DNA of 64,000 nt, taken from a virus. The notes beneath the pieces were generated by a model that saw only the letters and a program-made list of their open reading frames with translations, had not been told where the DNA came from and ran no database searches. The position numbers and the translations under genes were made by a program. Positions 1-9,676 of the stretch are shown in pieces (position 1 is the stretch's first letter; each line of letters opens with the position of its first letter). Location: positions 64,001 through 128,000 of the IMG/VR virus record IMGVR_UViG_3300045988_122718; one strand, 5' to 3'.

Positions 1-701
1 GGTCTAATATAGTTGGCGATAGGTTTGGAAATCTTGTTGTTAAAGAAATGTTATATAACTATAGGAATGGAAAAACATATTGTTTATGCGATTGTGATTG
101 TGGCAAAGAACATATTTGTTCCTTATCTAATTTATCTACTGGTCATACGACTTCATGTGGTTGCATGAAATCTGAAAAAAATTGGAATGGTAGACGTACA
201 AATTTAGTGGGGAATAGATTTGGTATGTTAGTTGTTGATGAGATGTTGTATGGATATATAAACAAGCAAACATGTTGTAAATGTACTTGTGATTGTGGGA
301 ATACATCAATTGTATATATGAGTAATTTGTTGCAAGGCTTTACTCATTCATGCGGATGTAGCGAACATAATTCTGTTGGAGAGCAATTAATTAAAAGTAT
401 ATTGGATAAAAATGAAATTAAATATATTTATAATTATAGGTTTGATGATTGTAGAAATGTTCTTCCACTTCCATTTGACTTTTATCTTCATGAATATAAT
501 ACTTGTATAGAATATGATGGTATTCAACATTTTGAGCCAATTGAATATTTTGGTGGAGAATATGCACTTCAACAACGACAAATGAATGATAATATTAAAA
601 CACAGTATTGTATTGATAATGATATCAAATTAATACGATTGCCATATACATTGTCAGAAGATGAAATAATAAATATAATTTTAAATATTTGGAATCCGTA
701 A
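1..701 (+). CDS. homing-endonuclease-like protein, 5' partial (Zn-ribbon repeats + Vsr/DUF559-type PD-(D/E)XK nuclease domain)
   Basis: The frame is open from the window edge (SNIVGDRFGNLVVKEM...). There are three copies of G-x-RFG-x-LVV...C-x-C-DCG...SCGC. The C-terminus FDFYLHEYNTCIEYDGIQHF resembles Vsr/DUF559 endonuclease cores. It sits just upstream of, and in the same orientation as, an N-terminally truncated tape-measure ORF. Confidence 0.6.
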   Translation, partial: SNIVGDRFGNLVVKEMLYNYRNGKTYCLCDCDCGKEHICSLSNLSTGHTTSCGCMKSEKNWNGRRTNLVGNRFGMLVVDEMLYGYINKQTCCKCTCDCGNTSIVYMSNLLQGFTHSCGCSEHNSVGEQLIKSILDKNEIKYIYNYRFDDCRNVLPLPFDFYLHEYNTCIEYDGIQHFEPIEYFGGEYALQQRQMNDNIKTQYCIDNDIKLIRLPYTLSEDEIINIILNIWNP

Positions 702-866
702 CGAGTAAGTGTTTTATATGGTGACATATAATTCCACGCCAACCACCCTATTATATAGGGTGATGATGTACTCTGTTCTGCACATATAATCTAAAAATGA
801 AAGTGCAGAGGCAAGGAGAAATCACTTGCCCCTTTTACTTTATGTAAAAGAGTAACAAATAGATAG
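1..866 (+). mobile_element. putative group I intron (3' portion, carries the endonuclease ORF) interrupting the tape-measure gene
   Basis: After the ORF stop (701), four consecutive hairpins follow: ACCCTAT/ATAGGGT 745-761, CTGCAC/GTGCAG 778-808, GGCAAG/CTTGCC 811-830, CTTTTAC/GTAAAAG 832-850. A GTGCAGAG string resembles the P7 region of T4 td-type introns. The tape-measure frame reopens at 856 without a start codon or RBS. The 3' splice site is only approximate (G862 or G866). Confidence 0.5.
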
Positions 867-906
867 TATTGAAGAGGCCGGTGAACTCGCTAAGAGTACA
901 GCGGTC

Positions 907-3900
907 TTGCTGAATGTTTCAGAATTCGAGAGTGCTGATGAAGCGTCAGAAGCGTTAATCAGTACCATGCAAGCTTATGGATACGCTGCAGAAGATAGTA
1001 TGCATGTTGTTGATATACTTAACGAAATAGGAAACAATTTTGCGATTTCTAGTGACGGATTGGCAACAGCTCTACAAGATTCAGCAAGTTCCTTAATGGC
1101 TGCGGGGAATTCGTTAGAACAAAGTGTAGCAATGGTAGCAGCTGCCAACAAAGTGCTTCAGGATCCTAATTCCGTAGGAAGTGCGTTGCGTACAATTTCG
1201 CTAAGAATTAGAGGAACTAGCGTAAAAGTTTTAGAAGAAATGGGTGAGGAAACTGATGGCGTTATCGAGAGCGTCAGTAAACTCCAAGCCAAAGTCAAAG
1301 GTCTAAGTGGAGTCGATATCCTAACCGACACTGGTGCTTATAAAGATACATACACAATTATCAAAGAAATTGGTCAAGTATGGGAGCAAATGAACGACAT
1401 TGACCGTGCTGCGTTACTTGAGTTGTTAGCAGGTAAGAATCGTTCGAATGCAATGGCAGCCCTACTAACTAACATGGAAGACCTTGAGGGTGCATACGAA
1501 AGTGCAATGGAAGCACAAGGTTCAGCAGAGGCCGAGAACAAAAAGTACATGAATAGTATTCAAGGTAGAATTGATCAATTTACTAATGCTTTGCAAACTA
1601 TGTGGAAAAATGCAATTGATTCTAATTTTGTAAAGTTTATTGTTAGTGTAGGTACTGGATTAGTAAAAGTTGTTAATTGGCTCGGAATGATACCAACCAT
1701 ACTTGGCACAATAGCCGGAGCTATGTCTGCAATTAAAGGACAGAATCTTTTTGTTAACTTAACTGGAAATGGAAAGTCTGGGATTATAACTGAGTTAATT
1801 CAAAAGGTTAAAGAAGGCATACCCGCTATAAGAGAATTTAATTCAATTCAAGGCGTAGATAATCAAGCCAAATTTTTAAATAGTTTAAAAGAAACTAATC
1901 CCGAACTTTCAAATTATATTACAAAGGTTATGTCGGCCTCTGCTGTAACAACCGAAAATGGAGTTGCTACAAATATAGCAAGTGTATCTCAAAAGAGATA
2001 TATAGGAAGTTTAGTTGCAGCGAAAGTGGCTTCAATAGGGTTAAAGGTTGCAACAGTTGCACTAAATGCCGCACTAACAATTGGCATTAGTTTATTGATT
2101 TCTGGAGCTATATCCGCTATATCTAAAGTAATCAATGGTGTTAAAGAGGCAAAAGAAGAAACAAAGAGGTTGACAGAAGAATTGAAGCAGCAACAAGCCG
2201 AAATAAAATCTAATATTTCTTCGTTGGAGTCATTAAAAGATGAATTTGATAAATTATCAAAGGGTGTAGACGAGTATGGCAATAATATTTCTTTGTCAAC
2301 AGAAGAATATGCAAAGTATAAATCAATAGTTGAGCAAATATTTGGGTATACTCCTACTTTAATTAGTGGATATGATAAAGAAGGAAATGCTATTGCTAAT
2401 AAAAATAGCCTCATTGAAAAATCTATAGAGCTACTAAAGGAAGAAAGAAAACAAAAGCTTTTAGAACTTGTTACAGATGATAAGCTTAAGGTGGCGTATG
2501 ACTCAGCAAAGGAAAATCATGATAAGGCAAAAAAAAAGCTTAAAAATGTAAATGTCCCATCTACATTAGCATATAGCGGTGTTAAGATTGATGATAATGG
2601 CAAAGAACATAGTGGATATGTAAATCAAATTGATAAGTATATTGAAGATGTAATTGGCGTAGAAAAAAGTGTGTGGGAGTCTCTTACTGAATATATAGCT
2701 AGAAATTCTGATGCCGTAAGAAAGAATATAGGGAAGATTATTGAGCGCTCTGGCCAAACAAAAGATGGATGGAAGGGTTTGAACGATAAACAACAAGCAG
2801 AACTTTTAAACTATTTGAACAATGTTTTATCTGGTGTGAGAGAAACAGATGCTGCGTGGGATAGTTTTATTCAGACATTGCAGCTTGTTCCACAAATATC
2901 TACTTATTATGATAAATTATCAGATTCACAGAAGAGCTTCATATCATCCTATATTAATGGGCTTGGTGATTTGAGTAATAAAACAGAAGCAGAAATTAAT
3001 AATATAAAAACCAGTATTTTATCTTTAACAAATGCAATCGGAAGTGACAAAGAGGCACAGTCTTTAATTGACCAATTATTTTCTATTGATTCAAATCTTT
3101 CTGCAAAAGAATATTCTGACAAAATATCTGAAATTTTTAATAAGCTTGTTGAAAAAGGAATAATTTCAAACGACAACAAACAAAAGTTTATAGAACAACT
3201 GTTCCCAGATTTGAAAGATATCGAAACTATGCAAGAAGATGTCAAAAAGAAAATAAAAGATGATCAACAAGATTTAGTAAATAGCTTAAATGTTCAAGAT
3301 TTAAAAATTGCATATTCAATAGATGCCAGTGATCTTTCATTTGATGAATTAAAGAAAAAAATTCAAGAAGTAAAAGTTGCTACTATTGGCGATTTTGATA
3401 TTTCTAACTATTCTGATTCAATTTCGAGTCTAAGTGAAAATATTGGTGTTCTCCAAGCCGCCCTTGAAAAATTGAATAGTGGCTCGTTTACTATGGACGA
3501 TTATGTCAAACTAATTAAGGACTTCCCAAAACTTGCAAAAGGTGTTGATGTTAGTTCTAAGAGTTTCAAGGGGTTAACTTCTAATCTAGTAAGAGCAATA
3601 AAGGCATCCCCAAAGAGCATGGTTAAGGACTTAAAAGCGTTAAAGTTACAATTAATGCAAACTGGTAGGTCTACTTCTGATATTGACCAGCTTATTTATT
3701 CCTTGGAACATATGCCAGAAAATGCTCTTGATAGTATGATTACCAAATATGCTACACTTGCAGATAATATAACTGAAGCTACTGAGGCTCAAAATGAACT
3801 AAAAGCCGCTATGGAAGAAAATCCAAATGAGGGATTTGAAACACGTGGCGAAGCTATGGATTATATGAAAGAGGCTATGAGTCGTGGAGAAATTGGTAGT

Positions 3901-6900
3901 GAATCTAACCTTTGGAATGTCGCAGAAAAATATGGATTTACTTTTGATTCTGCAAAATCAATAAATGAAAATGCTGATGCATTAGCTAAGTTCATTGCAA
4001 CACGTGAAAAGTGGTTTAAGCAGGATGATGATGGTAATTATACATATGAAGGAACAGAGGACTTCATCAAAAAAGTAGATGCGGCTGTTGCTTCTATGCC
4101 AGAGCTTCAAGAACTTATGAAGTGGGATTATAACGAAAGTACTGGGGTTCTTGATTTTGACTTTAAGAATAAAGATTGGGATCAAATTGTTAAGTATTTA
4201 AGTACATGTGAAGGCTTAATCGGATTGACATCTGATGAATGGGCGGACATGCTAGTTCAGGTCGGTCAGTATTTTAATATTGATTGGTCAAATTATAATG
4301 ATGAATTAGAATACTTAAAGAAAATAACAACTGAAGATATGGATAATAAGACCAAAGTAGAAAAATATGGTTCTGCTATGCAGGAATATTTTGGCAAGGA
4401 TTCTTCTATAGACTTGGCTAATCGCCCAATGATTAGCAGTTCAAAGATGAATACAAAGGGATGGGATATAGAAGACGGTAGTTATGCAACTGTACTTTCT
4501 AGTGCTTATTCTAATGAAGGGGGAACTGTTGCCATAACTGTAACACCAATTCTTCCAGATGGAGAAGTTTTAACAGAGGATGAACTAACAAAATATGCTA
4601 CAGAAATTGTAAACGGCGCAGACCCAGTAACATATGAATTCGAAGTCAATGGTAAGACTTATACTGGAGAAGACATTATTCTAGCAAAGCATAATGGTAA
4701 GAACCCAATAGAGGAAGCAAAAGAATATGGTAAAGCACTGCATGAAGCACAAGAAGAATATGATAAACTAAGAGACACTCTCAACATCAACACTACAATT
4801 GACGAAAAGGGTATTAATGGTCTATCTGAAATTAAAGAAATTCAAGGTGCAATCCAGAAGAATGCAGATGGTACTACTATAATTGACGAGCAGGCATTCA
4901 GAAAAGCACTAACGAGTGCCGAATACACAGAAGATCAAATTGATTTAATTATTGATAAAATTAAATACTTAAATAAAGAAGCTTTTGCTTCTGACACATT
5001 TAATATTGGCAAGATACTTGACAAAGAAACTGGCTCTGGAATTGATGGATTGTTAGAAATTAAGGAACTACAAGACGCAATTGAAAAAGATGCAAATACC
5101 GGGTTTACAGTTATTGATACGGACATGTTTACTTCTGTTCTTTCTGAGGCTGGATATACAAAAGCTCAAATTGATGAACTTATCCAAAAAATTCAAGAAT
5201 ATGAAAATGTTGTTTCTGTGGCTGGGAATACAGATCCACTTGGACTTAGTGGTGCAAATTTAAGTATTGATACATTAAAAGCATCTCTTAGTACTTTAGG
5301 TGTGTTTTTTGAAGACACTCTTGGTGACTGGTTTGATGGAAAAAGAGATCTTGTAATTAATGTTCCAAATTTAGTTTCTACACTTAAAGAAAAGGGTTGG
5401 TCTGAAGAAGCAATAAGAAGTTATTGTGAACAGCTATCTAAAGCCAACATTGAAGGATTCAATATTAAAGTCAATTCTCAAGAAATAGATGAAGCATTGG
5501 CAAAATCAGATGATGTTCCTGAAGAAAAAACGACAAACTATGAAGTAACCGGAAATGGTGCTACTACTCTTGATGGAATAGAAGATACATGGTCAAATGT
5601 TACAAAGGATAAAACAACGAATTATACCATTAATGAGACAACGGTAAAGAAAACTGTAGATGATAGTCCTAAGTGGTATAAACCATGGACCTGGTTTGCA
5701 GATGGAACTGCAAATGCTCAAGGGAATTGGGGTGCAGAACGAACAGAAACATCTCTTGTTGGTGAGTTAGGCCCAGAACTTCGTGTACGTGGAAGTCGTT
5801 GGGAAATGCTCGGTGAAAACGGGGCAGAATTTACTGATGTTAAAAAGGGCGATATTATATTCAACCATAAACAAACAGAAGAATTGTTGAAGAATGGGCA
5901 TATTACTGGTCGTGGTAAAGCGTATGCCAATGGAACAGCTTATGCTGCTGGTGACGGCACTTTTTCTAGATATAATTTTAGTGGCAATGGTGGATATACG
6001 AAGTACGATGTAAATAATAGCATAGTTGATTCGTTTGGTAATGCTGCTAGTTCAGTATCTGACGCTGCCGATGATATTTCTGATGCCGCTGATAAATTCG
6101 AAGAAGTATTCGACTGGTTTGAAGTTCTTCTAGAAGAAATCGAAGACAATATCAGCTTAATGAATGCCAAGCTAGAAAATGCAGTTGGTATAAGTGCAAA
6201 GAAAGGTATTTATTCTGAAATTCTAAATACAGAACAATTCAAGTTACAAGAATTATATGAGGGTGTCAAACTATATTCCGATTATGCCAATAAGCTTCTT
6301 GCTAAAGTTCCAGACCAGTATAAAGAAATGGCTAAAAATGGCGCGGTCGCTATCACAGACTTCCTTGGTGAAGCAAACGAAGAAGTTGTAGACTCAATTA
6401 ACAACTATCGTGAGTGGGCAAAGAAGGTATCCGACCTTAATCAGCAATTAGAAGAAACAAAGAAGACTATTGCCGATACTCATGTAGAAATACAGAATAT
6501 GCTTAAAGATGAATATGATAATCGTATATCTTTAATTACTTCTGTAAACGACCGTATACAAGATACAATAGACTTACTCGATGAAGAAGGCAAACGTTCT
6601 TCTGCTGTAATGTATGAAGAAATGATAAAAAATAGTACAAAACAATTATCAGAACTTCAAAGCAAACGTGCAGAAATGCAGAGAGCATTAGACGAAGCCG
6701 TGAGAAGCGGAGACGTAGCTAGAGAAAGCTCACAATGGTACGAGATGGTCAATGCAATCAATGATGTCGATAGTGAAATTAATGATTGTAGAATTGACCT
6801 TGAAAGTTTCCAAAACTCTATCAACCAGCTTCATTGGGATAACTTTGAAAAGTTCATTGATGCCATTGACAATGTTGGCAACGAAATTTCCAATCTAGGA

Positions 6901-8490
6901 GACCTAATCGACGAAGAAGACATTGTTGATGAAGTCGGTAATTGGACAGATAAAGGTATCACTGCACTTGGTTTGTATGCTCAAGAGATGGAACGTGCCA
7001 AATACAGAGCAGAACAGTATGGCAAAGAGATTGAGTATCTAAACCAAGAATATGCCGCTGGAAAGTATAGCGAAGATGAATATCTTGAGAAACTACAAGA
7101 ATTACGAGACGGCCAATGGGATAGCATTAAATCTTATGAGGCTGCAAAAAAGGCTATTGTTGATTTAAATAAAACTCGTATTGAGGCTATAAAAAATGGT
7201 ATTCAGAAAGAAATAGACGCTTATTCGGAACTTATTGACAAGAAGAAGGAAGAACTTAGCTTACAGAAAGAGTCACATGACTTCCAGAAGCAAGTAGCTG
7301 AACAGCAAAAAAATATTGCAAATATTCAAAAACAATTGGCTGCAATGGCCGGAGATAATTCTGCGTCTGCAATTGCTAGGAAAAAACAATTAGAAGCAGA
7401 ACTTGCCGCAGCACAAGAAGAACTCGATGAACTATATTATAATCATAGTGTTGAGAAGCAGCAAGAAGCACTTGATAAATCCTTAGAGAATTATCAGGAC
7501 AATAAGCAAGACGAAATGGACGCTCTTGACGAGTCTCTCAAGAACGAAGAACAAATCATTGCCGATAGTTATGCCACTATTACGGCAAATACGGAATCTG
7601 TAGCACAAACATTATCTGATATAGCAAGTCAGTATGGGATTACCCTATCTGATTCTGTTATGCAGCCTTGGCTAGATGGTGCTAACGCCATTGGTACTTA
7701 TCAAGAGCAGTTAGACACCTCTATGAGTTCTTTCACTCAGCAACTAGAGGCTCTTAAGCAGATGTATGCCGACTTACAAAATCAGGCTGATAGTGCTGGT
7801 AAGAGTATGGTTGATGCGATAAATGGTAGCAAGTCTAAAACAGAAGGTGCAACATATACGCCACCAATTCCATCACAACCAAGTACCCCATCAAAGCCAT
7901 CAAAACCATCTGCTCCATCTACTGGTTCGTCCGTTACAGTGAAAAAATCTGCAACACGCTTTTCAAGAGATGGTGGTAATGGTACTAGAATGCAGTCATG
8001 GGTCCCTGGTTCAACATTTACTGTTTATCAGGTTAGTGGTTCAGAAGTTCTAATTGGAAGAAATGGTCAATATACTGGATGGGTGCGTCTATCTGATATT
8101 GAAGGATATGCAAAGGGTACTAAAGAAATTCAAAATAACCAATTAGCAATGCTAGACGAACTTGGAGACGAGTTGGTTTTACATGCCGGTAAGAATGGCA
8201 GGTTAGAATATCTAACTAAGGGTACATCTGTTGTTCCAGCAGATATTACAAGCAACTTAATGAAGCTTGGCTCCTTAGACCCGAAGGATATTCTTGAAAG
8301 AAATAGACCTTCTATTGGTGCTCCACATGTTATTGATAATAGTATAGAGTTAAAAATGGAATTTGGCAGTCTTGTACATGTTGATACTGTTTCAAACGAT
8401 ACATTGCCATACTTGCAAAAGATGGTCAGAAATGAGTTTGATAATTGCATGAAACACGTAAATCAAGGGCTAAAGAAATTTGTTCGTTAA
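907..8490 (+). CDS. tail tape measure protein (C-terminal exon; frame is open back to 856)
   Basis: The N-terminus (ALISTMQAYGY...DILNEIGNNFAISSDGLATALQDSASSL...SALRTISLRIRG) matches the TP901-type TMP core. The body is long coiled-coil and TM segments are present. It is followed by Dit/Tal genes. The called TTG start lies inside the conserved domain, and in-frame upstream residues IEEAGELAKSTAV continue the domain. Confidence 0.9.
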   Translation: MLNVSEFESADEASEALISTMQAYGYAAEDSMHVVDILNEIGNNFAISSDGLATALQDSASSLMAAGNSLEQSVAMVAAANKVLQDPNSVGSALRTISLRIRGTSVKVLEEMGEETDGVIESVSKLQAKVKGLSGVDILTDTGAYKDTYTIIKEIGQVWEQMNDIDRAALLELLAGKNRSNAMAALLTNMEDLEGAYESAMEAQGSAEAENKKYMNSIQGRIDQFTNALQTMWKNAIDSNFVKFIVSVGTGLVKVVNWLGMIPTILGTIAGAMSAIKGQNLFVNLTGNGKSGIITELIQKVKEGIPAIREFNSIQGVDNQAKFLNSLKETNPELSNYITKVMSASAVTTENGVATNIASVSQKRYIGSLVAAKVASIGLKVATVALNAALTIGISLLISGAISAISKVINGVKEAKEETKRLTEELKQQQAEIKSNISSLESLKDEFDKLSKGVDEYGNNISLSTEEYAKYKSIVEQIFGYTPTLISGYDKEGNAIANKNSLIEKSIELLKEERKQKLLELVTDDKLKVAYDSAKENHDKAKKKLKNVNVPSTLAYSGVKIDDNGKEHSGYVNQIDKYIEDVIGVEKSVWESLTEYIARNSDAVRKNIGKIIERSGQTKDGWKGLNDKQQAELLNYLNNVLSGVRETDAAWDSFIQTLQLVPQISTYYDKLSDSQKSFISSYINGLGDLSNKTEAEINNIKTSILSLTNAIGSDKEAQSLIDQLFSIDSNLSAKEYSDKISEIFNKLVEKGIISNDNKQKFIEQLFPDLKDIETMQEDVKKKIKDDQQDLVNSLNVQDLKIAYSIDASDLSFDELKKKIQEVKVATIGDFDISNYSDSISSLSENIGVLQAALEKLNSGSFTMDDYVKLIKDFPKLAKGVDVSSKSFKGLTSNLVRAIKASPKSMVKDLKALKLQLMQTGRSTSDIDQLIYSLEHMPENALDSMITKYATLADNITEATEAQNELKAAMEENPNEGFETRGEAMDYMKEAMSRGEIGSESNLWNVAEKYGFTFDSAKSINENADALAKFIATREKWFKQDDDGNYTYEGTEDFIKKVDAAVASMPELQELMKWDYNESTGVLDFDFKNKDWDQIVKYLSTCEGLIGLTSDEWADMLVQVGQYFNIDWSNYNDELEYLKKITTEDMDNKTKVEKYGSAMQEYFGKDSSIDLANRPMISSSKMNTKGWDIEDGSYATVLSSAYSNEGGTVAITVTPILPDGEVLTEDELTKYATEIVNGADPVTYEFEVNGKTYTGEDIILAKHNGKNPIEEAKEYGKALHEAQEEYDKLRDTLNINTTIDEKGINGLSEIKEIQGAIQKNADGTTIIDEQAFRKALTSAEYTEDQIDLIIDKIKYLNKEAFASDTFNIGKILDKETGSGIDGLLEIKELQDAIEKDANTGFTVIDTDMFTSVLSEAGYTKAQIDELIQKIQEYENVVSVAGNTDPLGLSGANLSIDTLKASLSTLGVFFEDTLGDWFDGKRDLVINVPNLVSTLKEKGWSEEAIRSYCEQLSKANIEGFNIKVNSQEIDEALAKSDDVPEEKTTNYEVTGNGATTLDGIEDTWSNVTKDKTTNYTINETTVKKTVDDSPKWYKPWTWFADGTANAQGNWGAERTETSLVGELGPELRVRGSRWEMLGENGAEFTDVKKGDIIFNHKQTEELLKNGHITGRGKAYANGTAYAAGDGTFSRYNFSGNGGYTKYDVNNSIVDSFGNAASSVSDAADDISDAADKFEEVFDWFEVLLEEIEDNISLMNAKLENAVGISAKKGIYSEILNTEQFKLQELYEGVKLYSDYANKLLAKVPDQYKEMAKNGAVAITDFLGEANEEVVDSINNYREWAKKVSDLNQQLEETKKTIADTHVEIQNMLKDEYDNRISLITSVNDRIQDTIDLLDEEGKRSSAVMYEEMIKNSTKQLSELQSKRAEMQRALDEAVRSGDVARESSQWYEMVNAINDVDSEINDCRIDLESFQNSINQLHWDNFEKFIDAIDNVGNEISNLGDLIDEEDIVDEVGNWTDKGITALGLYAQEMERAKYRAEQYGKEIEYLNQEYAAGKYSEDEYLEKLQELRDGQWDSIKSYEAAKKAIVDLNKTRIEAIKNGIQKEIDAYSELIDKKKEELSLQKESHDFQKQVAEQQKNIANIQKQLAAMAGDNSASAIARKKQLEAELAAAQEELDELYYNHSVEKQQEALDKSLENYQDNKQDEMDALDESLKNEEQIIADSYATITANTESVAQTLSDIASQYGITLSDSVMQPWLDGANAIGTYQEQLDTSMSSFTQQLEALKQMYADLQNQADSAGKSMVDAINGSKSKTEGATYTPPIPSQPSTPSKPSKPSAPSTGSSVTVKKSATRFSRDGGNGTRMQSWVPGSTFTVYQVSGSEVLIGRNGQYTGWVRLSDIEGYAKGTKEIQNNQLAMLDELGDELVLHAGKNGRLEYLTKGTSVVPADITSNLMKLGSLDPKDILERNRPSIGAPHVIDNSIELKMEFGSLVHVDTVSNDTLPYLQKMVRNEFDNCMKHVNQGLKKFVR

Positions 8491-8497
8491 ATGATAT

Positions 8498-8528
8498 GGA
8501 GGGGTGCTTCGGCACCTCTCCTTTAATT
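8498..8528 (+). terminator. hairpin after the tape-measure gene (possible attenuator or weak terminator)
   Basis: GGAGGGGTGC-TTCG-GCACCTCTCC followed by TTTAATT. The T-run is short. Confidence 0.35.
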
Positions 8529-8558
8529 ACATAAAGTAGTTATAGGAGGTGTGGTCTG

Positions 8559-9662
8559 TTGATTTATCACCCTAAAATTAGATTTAGAGAAAGAAGTAAT
8601 TACGATGAAAGACTCGTGGTTTCTACATTTGAACCAGATTCTGGAGAGACCGATTCATATTTAACTATGGAACCAGTTTATACAGATAACTATGATGGTG
8701 CGATTCGTACAGATTATGGAGCCAAGTATAGCGATGTTGCAAGACCATCTGTTACTCTTATAGATGTTGATGGAGAGGATATCATACCATCTAAAGTTAG
8801 GTCGGTTTTGAGATGGCTTACTGGTTCAAGACAAAATTCCTGGATGGATGTTTATAATGTAGATGATGAGATTGTTTGTTCTTATCTTGGCAGATTTACA
8901 GATGTTAAGTTACAAAAAATGGATTCAAGGGTTATTGGTATCAGAGCTGAATTTACCTCTGTTAGTCCTTGGGCTTATTCAGAAGTGAAAGAAGTAGAAA
9001 TGGAGATAGATGGGAAAACGGATTTCAGTATAGATAATGATAGTGATGATTTATATTCTTGTGTTTATCCGCAAATGACATTTACGAACAATCAAAATGG
9101 AGCAGGACTTTCTGTTAAGAATAATACGATTGGAGAAGAAACGAAGTTTAGTGGTCTTCAGCAAGAAGAAATTGTGACGATAGATAACAATTTTGTTGTA
9201 TATTCCGATAATAAATCACGAATTTTCAACAATGATTTCAATTTCATATTTCCTGCGCTATCTTCTGGAACAAACAGTTTTGAAGCAAATGGAAATGGTA
9301 CTTTGATAATGAGGTTTCGTTATCCTATGAAAGTATCAGATGGCTTATTGGATGAATATGAAACAAGGAATAGGGTCGTTGTTTATGTCAAAGAGAAAAC
9401 TGTCAAAATTAAGGGAGACACAAGTAAGAATCCACCAAGTGGTGTAAATATTAAAGTTGATGGTACGACTATGTTTATAAGAGGAGAACTAAAAGGCGTG
9501 AGTAAGGTTTCAAGTGAAAACTCCGTATTCAGCGAGAGTAATGGTACATTGACAATTGATGATAGCAACAATGTATGCCCGTTCGATGAGTTTAATGCAG
9601 AAGTAAGAAACGGAATATTGATTATAAAAAAAGATTTTAAAGATGCAGAGATTAAAGAATAG
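8559..9662 (+). CDS. distal tail protein (Dit)
   Basis: Immediately downstream of the TMP and upstream of Tal. The size and position are typical of siphovirus Dit. GGAGG RBS. Confidence 0.7.
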   Translation: MIYHPKIRFRERSNYDERLVVSTFEPDSGETDSYLTMEPVYTDNYDGAIRTDYGAKYSDVARPSVTLIDVDGEDIIPSKVRSVLRWLTGSRQNSWMDVYNVDDEIVCSYLGRFTDVKLQKMDSRVIGIRAEFTSVSPWAYSEVKEVEMEIDGKTDFSIDNDSDDLYSCVYPQMTFTNNQNGAGLSVKNNTIGEETKFSGLQQEEIVTIDNNFVVYSDNKSRIFNNDFNFIFPALSSGTNSFEANGNGTLIMRFRYPMKVSDGLLDEYETRNRVVVYVKEKTVKIKGDTSKNPPSGVNIKVDGTTMFIRGELKGVSKVSSENSVFSESNGTLTIDDSNNVCPFDEFNAEVRNGILIIKKDFKDAEIKE

Positions 9663-9676
9663 GGAGGTGGCATAAA

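Noticed and set aside
387-8450. Minus-strand ORFs inside the tail genes (387-581, 1989-2414, 2949-3245, 8130-8450, 9383-9673, 13183-13428 and others)
   Set aside because: They are antisense to long, clearly coding + strand structural genes, and nothing supports them.
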